Source: Octopus sinensis (lineage: Eukaryota). From it: a stretch of DNA of 64,000 nt. A program made the position numbers and the translations under genes. Numbering within the stretch: the first letter of the stretch is position 1; each line of letters opens with the position of its first letter. Where the stretch lies: NCBI RefSeq assembly GCF_006345805.1, contig NC_043007.1, positions 68,138,001 through 68,202,000 of the forward strand, in the 5' to 3' direction. This document shows, piece by piece, positions 1 through 11,301 of this stretch. Under the pieces are notes generated by a model. That model was not told the origin of the DNA. It ran no database searches and was given only the letters and a program-made list of their open reading frames with translations.

Positions 1-10
1 ATACTGATCA

Positions 11-46
11 ATCTTAAGCTTATGCGTTCGATCCTCACCAAGGGCA
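11..46 (+). pseudogene. Degenerate tRNA-Met exon 2 relic, cut by window edge
   Basis: atcttaagcttatgcgttcgatcctcaccaagggca aligns ungapped to exon 2 ATCTGAAGGTCGTGAGTTCGATCCTCACCTGGGGCA; downstream flank resembles that of the copies at 1271, 1911 and 2293. Confidence 0.7.
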
Positions 47-245
47 TATTGTTTTACTTTAATGTTTCTATTTTCTGATACAAAAATAATCTATTTTATA
101 GAAGGGTGTGTGTAGATATTTCTTAGATTTACAAATCTCCAAATTCTATTGTGGAATCTAAGGGGTTATGAATTCAACCCAGACTTCTGGAAAATGTTTT
201 TGATTCTGCATAATGTGTATACATTTATCATTTATCTCTCTAGAA

Positions 246-493
246 CAGGTGTTCTCATCCGGGGTCCGTATGGCCCTTGGGGGTCCATGTAAGATTTTGT
301 GATTGAAATTTATTTGGCTATACTTTTACAATACACACAATATTGCGATACTTTTGTTATATACAACTCCTAAACTTATTTGATTATAAAAACGTAATAG
401 AATTTTTTTTACACATCAAGTGGCTATGTGGGTCCATCCAAGTGAAATAGGAATCAAAGAGGTCCATAAGTAAAAAAAGGTGTTGAGAAAGTG
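246..493 (+). mobile_element. Non-autonomous hAT (Charlie-like) MITE
   Basis: Degenerate TIRs (caggtgttctca / tgagaaagtg), 8-bp TSD ctctagaa/gtctagaa with TCTAGA core; a relative lies at 27047-27339. Confidence 0.6.
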
Positions 494-1270
494 GTCTAGA
501 AAGTTTTTTTTACTATTCTGAAAACTCCCACATCAGCTCAACTCCCAATAGTACAATAACATCATGTGTATAGTTAGTCGACGAATAGCCGTAATATATT
601 TATATTTTCTAACAGATATACGAAGACACAGCCTGGCATATCGGATGTACTGAAGCAGTCAGGACATGTACTTTCACCATTTCCAGATAGTTCATATACT
701 GGGGCTGGTCACAGCGGGGCCTTTTCTAGTCAGAAGGTGTACTCGGTCAGTATGGAACAGTTGCTGTTCCTCTGTTATTATTGATGAGACGTTAGTCCAT
801 TTTGTAGCAACCTACTGTAGCCTATAACAAGCTGGTATCGATTACTTGATACACGTTGACAGCTAATATTCAAGGCGATAAAATAAAGACCCAGTTTTTG
901 ACTTATACTTAATCTTATTGACTCTGTATAATACTTGTGCTTTATTGTTTTTCGATTTCGGAAGGGTAAAAGGTAAAGTTGACTTTGAGTTTAGAACATC
1001 AAAAACCTTACACTATAATAAAGCAACATGTTACCTAATTAACGGGTAAAGCTTTTAACACAATGTAATAACAAACACAGCTAATTAATATTAATTAGGG
1101 TTATTCAAAGAAGGAAATTGCTAAAGTATATGGCAATCATTCTGTAAAAATTACCTGAGTAATAACGACATATGTAAGAAATAGTAGATAATGTATGCAT
1201 ATCAGGTGAGTGCATAACAATTAGAAAGTAATCATGTGTATATAACGAACTACTACGCCAGCTGTCACTT

Positions 1271-1365
1271 TCCACGGTAGCGCAGTAGGCACCGCGTCAG
1301 TCTCATAATCAATCCAAGTCTGTGGAGGAATTTGAAGGCCGTGAGATCGACTCTCCCCAGGAGCA
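1271..1365 (+). pseudogene. tRNA-Met(CAT) pseudogene with 22-nt intron
   Basis: Homologous to intact copies; intron atcaatccaagtctgtggagga; acceptor stem and T-arm mismatches (GAGATCGA instead of GAGTTCGA). Confidence 0.85.
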
Positions 1366-1910
1366 TGAGCTATTTTTTCTTGAAAAAATTCATTTTCTGA
1401 CACACTTGAAGATCAGCTTTATAAAGTAAGGTGTAATTTTCTTTTTAGATTTTTAAGTGATCGACTATATAGAGTGTGACCCACAAGTTGAAATGCTCTA
1501 CAAAACAGTCAAATGAATCCTGCTTGGTGGATAGATCCTAGTTGTAAAACACGGATCATGTACCAGGTACCAACCTACTAAGGACAGAAAGGAGATAACT
1601 TTAAAATTAACGAAAGTTTTATCAGTTTTATGTTCAAGTTCTAGTCTCCTCTAGGAGAATGTATATTTATTCGTTGACCGTCTATCTATACGGTGCTGCT
1701 AGACATTTAAGAGCTGATGTGATGTTTCTTAGTAAATAATTGAAAATTAAGAACATTTGTCCCTCATCAAAGATCGAAGTCATCAGCCTCAAATTCCTCA
1801 ATATTTTGGGATTTTTTAAATCTAACAAACATTTATACATTTCTTTATAAAATAGGTTTTCTTCCGTGTCAGAAAATATAATCATTCAACTTAAAAAAAT
1901 AAAAGTAATG

Positions 1911-2005
1911 TGCCCCAGGTGAGGATCGAACTCACGACCTTCAGATTCCTCAACGTGCTTAGTTTGATTATGAGACTGACGCGCTGCCTACTGCGCTACC
2001 GAGGC
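1911..2005 (-). tRNA. trnM-CAT: Elongator tRNA-Met(CAT), 22-nt intron at 37/38 (1947-1968)
   Basis: Exons GCCTCGGTAGCGCAGTAGGCAGCGCGTCAGTCTCATA / ATCTGAAGGTCGTGAGTTCGATCCTCACCTGGGGCA fold into a cloverleaf with G1:C72, U31-U39 and CAT anticodon; intron atcaaactaagcacgttgagga; T4/T7 run downstream. Confidence 0.95.
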
Positions 2006-2292
2006 ACTGACGACAATGTCTTCTAGTAGACTTGTTAAAGGAAAACAAATTACTTTCTGATTGTTTTGTCTACTACTAGGGCTATTATTTCACATATACA
2101 ACATTACTAAAGGAGAAATAATTGCATAATTCTTAAAGGAGGATTAATTACATAATTGTGTAATTAATTATCCTTTAGCAACATTAAATATGTGAAATGG
2201 TAGACCTTGTAGTAAATTGATTGGTCAACCAAATATTCAGAAAGTAACAGTTTCTAATAATTAGAAAGTAGCTAGAAAATGCTGTCGTCAGT

Positions 2293-2376
2293 TCCTCGGT
2301 AGCACAGTCGGCAGCGCGTCAGCCCATAATCAGTTGTGGAATCTGAAGTTCGTGAGTTCGATTCTCAACTGTGGCA
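2293..2376 (+). pseudogene. tRNA-Met pseudogene with shortened 12-nt intron
   Basis: tcctcggtagcacagtcggcagcgcgtcagcccata-atcagttgtgga-atctgaagttcgtgagttcgattctcaactgtggca; multiple stem mismatches; inverted partner of the 1911-2005 copy. Confidence 0.85.
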
Positions 2377-2891
2377 CGCTACTTTTACTGAATTAATATA
2401 TTTTCTGACACATGAAAGCCTATTTTATAAAGGAATGTATAAATATTTGCAAGATTTTTAAAATCTCCATATCATATTGAGATAAAATATTATGTCATAT
2501 TTTATCTCAATACTTTCTCTGAATAACTCTAACTTTTAATTACTAATGTTTGTAAGTAGTTGATTATATGTTAACTAATTTCAATGCAAGTATATTAATT
2601 TTTGCTTCCCTCTAGTTCATTGTGCAAGGGAGATGATCTTTCTTCCCGCAGGAACCGACTAACCTCCATCTCACTGGAGACAGCTAGCCCGGCAGAATAA
2701 CCGTCTAGTATTTATTCCAGTCCTTTCCGTCCTGAGTTCAATTCTCGCCGTGTTCAATTTCAACTTTCATCCATTTAGGTTCGATATAATAAGTACCCGT
2801 CAAATAACAAGTATAGACTAATCCTTCTCCTCAATATTGCTGGCTGATGATTTGTTTATAGTGACCAAATGTTTGTGTTGACATAACACTA

Positions 2892-2955
2892 TGCCTTAGA
2901 TGAAGATCGAACGCATAAGCTTAAGATTGCTCAGTATGATACAACCTAATAAGAC
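2892..2955 (-). pseudogene. 5'-truncated tRNA-Met relic (same diverged subtype as 11-46)
   Basis: Reverse complement reads catactgagca-atcttaagcttatgcgttcgatcttcatctaaggca; the 5' half is replaced by a SINE starting near 2955. Confidence 0.65.
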
Positions 2956-3140
2956 GGTTGGCTGAGAGAATCGTTAGCACGTCAGGCAAAATGTTTAACG
3001 GCATTTAGTCCGTTTTCACGTTCTGAGTTCAAATTCCGCCAAGAACGACTTTGCCTTTCATCCTTTCGAGGTCGATAAAATAAGTAGCAGATGAGCACCG
3101 GGTAGATGTAATCGATTGACTACTTCCCCAAAGTTTGAAA
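2955..3140 (+). mobile_element. tRNA-derived SINE, family A (ggcgagctggcagaa...gttcaaattccgccgaggtcgac)
   Basis: Shares head and body with many copies in the window (e.g. 2680-2860, 8930-9110, 36190-36390, 55495-55720, 61010-61200). Confidence 0.75.
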
Positions 3141-3269
3141 CTAATATGACACATCCTCTTACAAAATGGGTTTCCATCTGAGTCAGATTATGTTAAATAT
3201 CTCCACCTCTATTTATAAAACGAACTCTCTATGGCATAAGAAAATAAAGTTATTTAAAATAAAAATTTG

Positions 3270-3364
3270 TGCCCCAGGTGAGGATCGAACTCACGACCTT
3301 CAGATTCCTCTAAAGACTTTACTTGATTATGAGACTGACGCGCTGCCTACTGCGCTACCGAGGC
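3270..3364 (-). tRNA. trnM-CAT: Elongator tRNA-Met(CAT), 22-nt intron (3306-3327)
   Basis: Exons identical to consensus; intron atcaagtaaagtctttagagga; T5 run downstream. Confidence 0.95.
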
Positions 3365-3719
3365 ACCTGTAACAGCATCCATCTATTTGGCTACTTAAAG
3401 ACTATTACTTTTAATTATATACTCAACGAATTAACTATAAGCTCGATTATTTTGCATATATGAGGATTACTCACGGAGAATTAAACATTACAAATCAAGA
3501 ATTAATTACATAATCATTGTGATATATTTAATCTTAATACTTTCTTGTATGTCTCTAATTAGCGTTAAATTACCTATGCCCCAAATTACTTCCCCATATA
3601 TTGACTCCTTTAAATACACGCTAAATAGATTTTGTTGTTATTCTGTTTTTCCCACCGCGCGAGTTCATTGTGCAAGGGCGATAACCTAACAAAATGGCTG
3701 GCCTTGTATCTGACAGAAT

Positions 3720-3930
3720 CGCTTTGCCTTACTCCCTCCATCAGATTGAAATTACTTGTATAGGTACCACATGTCAGATGTCGAAATGTCGAAATGATCG
3801 CAGAGCAACGTGAAATGAAGTGATTTGCTCAATGAGAACACAAGGCAACGTCCGGTCTGGGAATCGAACCCACGATCTCGCAATCGTGAGTGCAACACCT
3901 TAACCACTAAACCACTAAACCATGTGCCTT
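3720..3930 (-). mobile_element. tRNA-derived SINE, family C head
   Basis: Reverse complement has gtggttaaggtgttgcactcacgattgcgagatcgtgggttcgattccc (A/B boxes) then ttgagcaaatcacttcatttcacgttgctc. Confidence 0.65.
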
Positions 3931-4012
3931 CACACACACATATATATATATAGATAGATATATAATATATGAATATATATATATATATATAGATACATAT
4001 GCACACGCATAC

Positions 4013-4114
<102 letters not shown>

Positions 4115-4329
4115 TTATACGTTTATCAATTTGTGTTGCAAGATTCTAGATGTGGAATCGTGTGTTGAAACAGATATTGTTGTATTTCAGGAGGGAATTT
4201 TTTTTTCCAAAGAAACGGAGAATGGAGTAATTGGTGCAAGAGCACAGACGAAAATGAAAAGTGTCACTGAAGAGGTCACATATGTGTCACGAAACATTTC
4301 CGGAGAATGGACATGAGTTAAAAAAAAAT

Positions 4330-4706
4330 AAGAAGAACAAATATATAGAGCGTGTTTGTTCACCCGATGTAATCCCTATGGATTTCTTCTCGTGGTTTTT
4401 TTTTAAAGACATGATATACAAAGAGAAACCGCGAACCATTCCTGATCTTCGTCGACTTATTAACAAGCAATTCGCTACAGTCGACGTAGAACTGTCCCAA
4501 AAGGCTTGTCGCAGCGTTGCTTCGCGTTTGCTTTCTTGTATCGAAAACAATGGCGAAGAGTTTGAATCATTTCGTTCATAGTTATCATTGTTGCACCATT
4601 GTTTTATTCGTAGTCATTATTCATCATTGTTCTATGCAATAAAATTACTTGATAAACCTACGATAGGTTTCCAAATAAGAATCGAGCGAAACTTTTGGAC
4701 ACCCTG
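4330..4706 (+). mobile_element. Tc1/mariner-superfamily transposase C-terminal remnant plus right TIR
   Basis: SPDVIPMDFFSWFFFKDMIYKEKPRTIPDL...CIENNGEEFE matches the SPDLxPxDFFLWGxLK...KP motif of DDxD-type transposases; ends cttttggacaccctg followed by TA. Confidence 0.75.
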
Positions 4707-4770
4707 TATATATATATATGTATATATATATATAATATATATATATATATATTATATATATATATATATA

Positions 4771-5040
4771 TACGAAGTTTGATAAAAAAAAGTGTTGGGA
4801 CTGGTGTTATAAACAGAAAACTTCTAGATATTGGCATTTAATCTCCTTCAAACTAGTCCCCTTCTGAAGCCAGACACTTTATCCATCTTAGTGTCCATTG
4901 ATGTAAGCATTCATGGAGTTCCTTTTTTTTTAGGATAGCTAACGGCTGCCTTGTAGCATCCCTTTTAAGTGGGATTTGGTTTGGGGAAAGAAGGGAAAAT
5001 TTACAAAGAGCAAGATCTGGAGAATATAGTAGTTGTCGGA
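4771..5040 (-). mobile_element. Mariner 3' remnant
   Basis: Minus-strand YSPDLALCKFSLL resembles YSPDLAPCDFFLF; TIR-like tacgaagtttgataaaaaaaagt at 4771. Confidence 0.6.
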
Positions 5041-5371
5041 TTTGATGAATGTTGTTTGGCCTTGCATATATGTATTCCCTCTCATCTTCTGTCTCTATGC
5101 TTATTTCTCTCTTACTACCTGTCACCAAGCCTATCATGTACACTCTTCCTGCACCTCTTATGTTAACTCTCTTTGTATTATTTTTATACTCCTTCTACAC
5201 CCCTTTCTATACGATGTAAATCATTAGCAGAAAGCTCAACAAGCTAACATTTGGCTATTATCGGTTGTATGTGTATATGTATCGGCTATTATCATATAGA
5301 GTTAGTCGGTTATCTAAAAGCACCATTTTAAAAATGAGTCCTACGTAGCACTCAAGAAACAAAAAGCTATG

Positions 5372-5465
5372 TGCCCCAGGTGAGGATCGAACTCACGACC
5401 TTCAGATTCCTCTGTATAATTACTTGATTATGAGACTGACGCGCTGCCTACTGCGCTACCGAGGC
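5372..5465 (-). tRNA. trnM-CAT: Elongator tRNA-Met(CAT), 21-nt intron (5408-5428)
   Basis: Exons identical to consensus; intron atcaagtaattatacagagga; T5 run downstream. Confidence 0.95.
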
Positions 5466-5580
5466 ACCTGTAACAACAGTCATGTATTAAATTAAAGACT
5501 ATTACTTTTAATTATATACTCAACGAATTTACTGTATATATACACATACACACATATACATATACATACACAAATATATA

Positions 5581-5794
5581 TACTCTTTTACTTGTTTCAG
5601 TCATTTGACTGTGGCCATGATGGAGCACCGCCTTTAGTCGAGCAAATCGACCCCAGGACTTATTCTTTGTAAGCCTAGTACTTATTCTATCGGTCTCTTT
5701 TTGCCGAACCGCTAATTTACGGGGACCTAAACACACCAGCATCGGTTGTTAAGCGATGATGGGGGACAAACACAGACACACAAACATACATACA

Positions 5795-5846
<52 letters not shown>

Positions 5847-5975
5847 CCGTCTACCAAATCCACTCACAAGGCTTTGGTCGGCCCGAGGCTATAGTAGAAG
5901 ACACTTGCCCAAGGTACCACGCAGTGGGACTGAACTCGGAACCATGCGGTTCGTAAGCAGGCTACTTACCACTCC
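5581..5975 (-). mobile_element. SINE family B with internal microsatellite (tail cagtcaaatgactgaaacaagtaaaag)
   Basis: Many homologues in the window: ~14925-15500, 22780-23135, 24750-25150, 26030-26425, 31840-32257, 63260-63658, 63690-64000. Confidence 0.8.
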
Positions 5976-5977
5976 TA

Positions 5978-6154
<177 letters not shown>

Positions 6155-6900
6155 TTAATTGGCCCGAGGTTACACTATCATTACTAGTTCTACACACACT
6201 TTCTCTATACTTCACTAGTCTCTGTCTTTCTCTTTTCTCGCCTCTGATTCTTTGGTCTCCTCTTCCCCCCACTCTCTCACATTTCTCTGTCTTTCTCACT
6301 TTGCACCACACTGATTCTGTCGTCAAGCCAATCCTTGGCACGCTCTCTTTCTTCTCCCGACTTTAATTCCTTCTTCCTCTCTCTTCTCCCCCTCTTTTGT
6401 GACTTTGTCCCTCTTTTTCTCTCTCTCTTTGATTCCTTTGTCCCTTTTTCTCTCTCGCGTGACCGCCGGCCAACTAGCCTTTCGGCTTCTGAACACCACC
6501 ACGACAACATCGATTTCTTCGTCTGCCGTAAGGCATTATTTTCAAAATACGCCAGCTAAGCTAAGTTGAACTGTCTAAAGTAGTAAGACACCCGTTGTTT
6601 TTGTCCTGTTATTTCTATTATTGTTTTTTGTATTTATATTCGTGTGGCATCGTCCGTTTTTCTGTCCTTGTTTCGTATACATTGGATCCTTTTTCCAAGA
6701 AATCTAATGCTCGTAGCTTAGTTTTTCCTGGGGCTGGCCGGATCGGAGCGATCTCAAGATTAATCAGCCGAAATTGCGAGGATGATCCGGTTCTTGACTG
6801 AAGATTAGAGGCTTCGAATGACCCGTCCGTTTTTTGTGTCGTCTCTTTGAGTGTTTTGCGTTCTTGTCTCATTTTGTATTTATATATATATTTTTTATAC

Positions 6901-8879
6901 ATCTGTCCCTTTCTCCTGTCTTTTGTTCTCACGTGACAGCTAGCCGCTGTTGAGCGCTCTTTTCGTTTTCAGCAGCCTCAGAAGCAACACGGATTTGTTC
7001 GTCTCCCCGTGGCCTTTAGGCACAACTTCACAAGCCAGCCCCTACTCAAATCGTCCTGTCGAAAGACCCTTGTCCTACGTCCTGGTTTTGTTTTGTTGTT
7101 TATTTTTTATTTTCACCGTTATTGTTTTTATACGTTTTTGTATTCTTATTGGTGTCACGTATTCTGTATTTTTGTTTGTGTACTTCGATCGTTTTCCGTC
7201 CTTTCGTTGTATACATTCGAAGCTTTGGGCTGGCCATATCGGAGCGGTCTCGGGATTGATCGGCCGAGGTTGCTAAGATGATCTGGTTCTTGACTGATGA
7301 CTGGGGCTTCGAATGTCCCGTCCTGTGGTTCTTGTGTCGTCTCTGTGGTGTTTCATGTTCTTGTCCATGTCTGTATTTAATTTTACTGTTTACCTATATA
7401 ATCGGCGGCTACGTATCCACAATTGTCCTTATACGATAAGTATATTTTTTTTCTCAAGCTTTGATACGACTCTTAATCTGTCTCTTTTTCTCTCTCTCTC
7501 CCTCCTCCCTTATTCCACTTCCGTTCTTTCCCTCTCCATCCGTCCCCCCCCCCTTTCTACGTTTCTCTATCTCTCTCACCTCCAGCCCCCTCGATCTGTC
7601 TCTTTCTTCTCCTCTCTCGTCCACCTTCTCTCCCCTTTTCATCTGTCCCTTTCTCCTGTCTTTTGTTCTCACGTGACAGCTAGCCGCTGTTGAGCGCTCT
7701 TTTCGTTTTCAGCAGCCTCAGAAGCAACACGGATTTGTTCGTCTCCCCGTGGCCTTTAGGCACAACTTCACAAGCCAGCCCCTACTCAAATCGTCCTGTC
7801 GAAAGACCCTTGTCCTACGTCCTGGTTTTGTTTTGTTGTTTATTTTTTATTTTCATCACCGTTATTGTTTTTTTACGTTTTTGTATTCTTATTGGTGTCA
7901 CGTATTCTGTATTTTTGTTTGTGTACTTCGATCGTTTTCCGTCCTTTCGTTGTATACATTCGAAGCTTTGGGCTGGCCATATCGGAGCGGTCTCGGGATT
8001 GATCGGCCGAGGTTGCTAAGATGATCTGGTTCTTGACTGATGACTGAGGGCTTCGAATGTCCCGTCCTGTGGTTCTTGTGTCGTCTCTGTGGTGTTTCAT
8101 GTTCTTGTCCATGTCTGTATTTAATTTTACTGTTTACCTATATAATCGGCGGCTACGTATCCACAATTGTCCTTATACGATAAGTATATTTTTTTCTCAA
8201 GCTTTGATACGACTCTTAATCTGTCTCTTTTTCTCTCTCTCTCCCTCCTCCCTTATTCCACTTCCGTTCTTTCCCTCTCCATCCGTCCCCCCCCCCTTTC
8301 TACGTTTCTCTATCTCTCTCACTCCAGCCCCCTCGATCTGTCTCTTTCTTCTCCTCTCTCGTCCACCTTCTCTCTCCTTTTCATCTGTCCCTTTCTCCTG
8401 TCTTTTGTTCTCACGTGACAGCTAGCCGCTGTTGAGCGCTCCTTTCGTTTTCAGCAGCCTCAGAAAACACGGATTTGTTCGTCTCCCCTGGCCTTTAGGC
8501 ACAACTTCACAAGCCAGCCCCTACTCAAATCGTCCTGTCGAAAGACCCTTGTCCTACGTCCTGGTTTTGTTTTGTTGTTTATTTTTTATTTTCACCGTTA
8601 TTGTTTTTACGTTTTTGTATTCTTATTGGTGTCACGTATTCTGTATTTTTGTTTGTGTACTTCGATCGTTTTCCGTCCTTTCGTTGTATACATTCGAAGC
8701 TTTGGGCTGGCCATATCGGAGCGGTCTCGGGATTGATCGGCCGAGGTTGCTAAGATGATCTGGTTCTTGACTGATGACTGAGGGCTTCGAATGTCCCGTC
8801 CTGTGGTTCTTGTGTCGTCTCTGTGGTGTTTCATGTTCTTGTCCATGTCTGTATTTAATTTTACTGTTTACCTATATAA

Positions 8880-8880
<1 letters not shown>
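6901..8880. repeat. Tandem repeat, ~740-bp unit, 2.7 copies
   Basis: atctgtccctttctcctgtcttttgttctcacgtgac recurs at 6901, 7641 and 8383; units nearly identical; a diverged partial unit lies at ~6600-6900. Confidence 0.95.
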
Positions 8881-8927
<47 letters not shown>

Positions 8928-9791
8928 TTTAACGTGCTTTGCAGCATTTCGTTTGTTTTTACGTTTTGAGTTCAAATGCCACCGTGGTCAACTTTGCCTT
9001 ACATCCTTTCGCGGTCGTTAAAATAAGTACCAGTTGAACACTGGGGTCGATGTAATCGACTTAACCACTACCCCGAACTTGCTGACCACGTGCCAAAATC
9101 TGAAACCAATATGGTCAAAGTCAATATAGAAAGAAAGGTCCCAAGACGCAAGATTTGTTTCGAAATACGAACTCAAATCAAGAGCCATGCAAACCTATTT
9201 CTTTACTACCCACAAGGGGCTAAACACAGAGGAGACAAACAAGGACAGACAGACGGATTAAGTCGATTATATTGACCCCAGTGCGTAACCGGTACTTAAT
9301 TTATTGACCCCGAAAGAATGAAAGGCAAAGTCGACCTCGGCGGAATTTGAACTCAGAACGTAGCGGCAGACGAAATACCGCTCAGCATTTCGCCCGGTGT
9401 GCGAACGTTTCTGCCAGCTCACCATAAGAGCCTTGCAAACCAAATGCAAAAATGTTCCGAGTGAATACAGGAAGAAAGGTTATCTCCCCTGTACTCAAAT
9501 GCCACTTATAGCTTTCGTAATTAACGTCTAATAAAGTTGATAACAATAGAATAGCTATGGCAATTACTAATTCAAAGAAAATATAGATATAAAAAGTGCG
9601 TATTGTGATGAAATATATCGTAATAATTACGTAATAATTTTCTAACATGTAACGTTAGATATATATAATGCTATATATGTTGTAAATTAGATGACAGAAA
9701 GGTAAATTAAACAATATATGTTAGATAACTAGGTAAGCAGTTAGAAAGTAAGAGTGCTTGTATAGACAAATTTAAACGCAGTTAATTACCT

Positions 9792-9886
9792 GCCTCGGTA
9801 GCGCAGTAGGCAGCGCGTCAGTCTCATAATCAAACAAGATATGCTGAGGAATCTGAAGGTCGTGAGTTCGATCCTCACCTGGGGCA
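9792..9886 (+). tRNA. trnM-CAT: Elongator tRNA-Met(CAT), 22-nt intron (9829-9850)
   Basis: Exons identical to consensus; intron atcaaacaagatatgctgagga; T5 at 9892-9896. Confidence 0.95.
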
Positions 9887-10291
9887 CAACATTTTTATTT
9901 TGAATAAAACTTATTTTCTTATACCATAGAGAGTTCATTTTATAAATAGAGGTGAAGATATTTAACAGAAATTCCACGGCAGGAATTGTCAATTACCTGT
10001 ACACTTCTTAGAGAAGGACGATTACAAAATATTCTATGGTTGTGATTGTGTTTGTGTTCCCACAGGCTTGATGAGCGGCGCTGATTTGTTTAAGTCGTCT
10101 TTGACAAAAGAACCAACAAAATAGGTACCAAGCTTAAAAGTTAAGTAGTAGGATCAATTTGTTCGGCTAAACTCTTCAAGAGGTTGCTCCAGTATGGCTG
10201 CAGTCCGAACACTATATAAATTAAATGAGAAGGTAATTAGTTAGAATGTCATCGTACTTATACAGAGAAATTTAGCAGAAGCGTACCGGTT

Positions 10292-10381
10292 ACCTCGGTA
10301 ATGCAGTAGGCAGCGCGTCAGTCTCATAATCAAACAGCTTATGGTGAAGAACCTGAAAATCGTCAGTTTGATCCTCACCTG
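10292..10381 (+). pseudogene. tRNA-Met pseudogene, 3' acceptor strand lost
   Basis: acctcggtaatgcagtaggcagcgcgtcagtctcata + intron atcaaacagcttatggtgaaga + mutated exon 2 ending cctcacctg. Confidence 0.85.
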
Positions 10382-10627
10382 TATATTCATTTTCTGACAT
10401 CACACAAAGTTTTGCACGGGAGGAGTGATATTTACCAGAAATCTCCCAGCTATTTATATGAATTATAAGAAGAAATAGTCAACTCCCTAAGGAGTTCGTA
10501 TAGGAGACTGTTAGGGTAAAAAATTATTAATTTATAATTTATGAATTTTACCAAGCAGCTTTCGGTATGGAAAAGAACCATATTCGGTAAAAACTTATAC
10601 AAGAAGTTTTATATATAATTATAACAA

Positions 10628-10793
10628 TAATTAAGGGCTTAGCAACAAGTTGCTTCACCACATACCGAAAATTTAGAAATAACAGCCAAAAGACCGTTAT
10701 TTCTTTTGTAGCGAAAAGAAATAACGGTCTTTTGGCTGCTATTTCTAAATTTTCGGTATGTGGTGAAGCAACTTGTTGCTAAACCCTTAATTA
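10628..10793. repeat. Near-perfect fold-back, ~80-bp arms, 6-nt loop
   Basis: taattaagggcttagcaacaagttg...ttctttt gtagcg aaaagaa...caacttgttgctaaacccttaatta. Confidence 0.9.
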
Positions 10794-11207
10794 TATATAT
10801 ATTTATGCATAGTTCCAGCCAGACCACAGCAATAATAAAAAATATTATAATTGTATAAGTTAAATGGAGGACGGTACTTAACAGAAATCGAGTTGCGTAC
10901 CCTTAATTCTCCTTAACTTTATGTGTGTGTGTGTGTTTCTGTTGTACCTGTATTTCAAGGGGCCGGCCTTGTCACTCTCTGTGTCACGCTGAATATCCCC
11001 GAGAACTACATTAAGGGTACACGTGTCTGTGGAGTGCTCAGCCACTTACACGTTAATTTCACGGGCAGGCTGTTCCGTTGATTCGGATCAACCGGAACCA
11101 TCGTCGTCGTAATCGACGGAGTGCTTCCATTCCATAGTCTCCACCTCTATTTATAAAACGAACTCTCTATGTCATGAGAAAATAAAGTTATTCAAAATAA
11201 AATGATG

Positions 11208-11301
11208 TGCCCCAGGTGAGGATCGAACTCACGACCTTCAGATTCCTCTGTATAATTACTTGATTATGAGACTGACGCGCTGCCTACTGCGCTACCGAGG
11301 C
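11208..11301 (-). tRNA. trnM-CAT: Elongator tRNA-Met(CAT), 21-nt intron (11244-11264)
   Basis: Exons identical to consensus; intron atcaagtaattatacagagga; T4 runs downstream. Confidence 0.95.

Noticed and set aside
7290-7325. ctgatga...cgaatgtc in the 740-bp unit as a hammerhead ribozyme
   Set aside because: No stem II pairing, GAAU instead of GAAA, and the diverged relatives at 6800 and 52580 do not keep the core.
6950-8758. Repeated 90-126 aa hydrophobic ORFs in the 740-bp tandem repeat
   Set aside because: Low-complexity T-rich sequence; frames are broken differently in the third unit; no recognisable domain.
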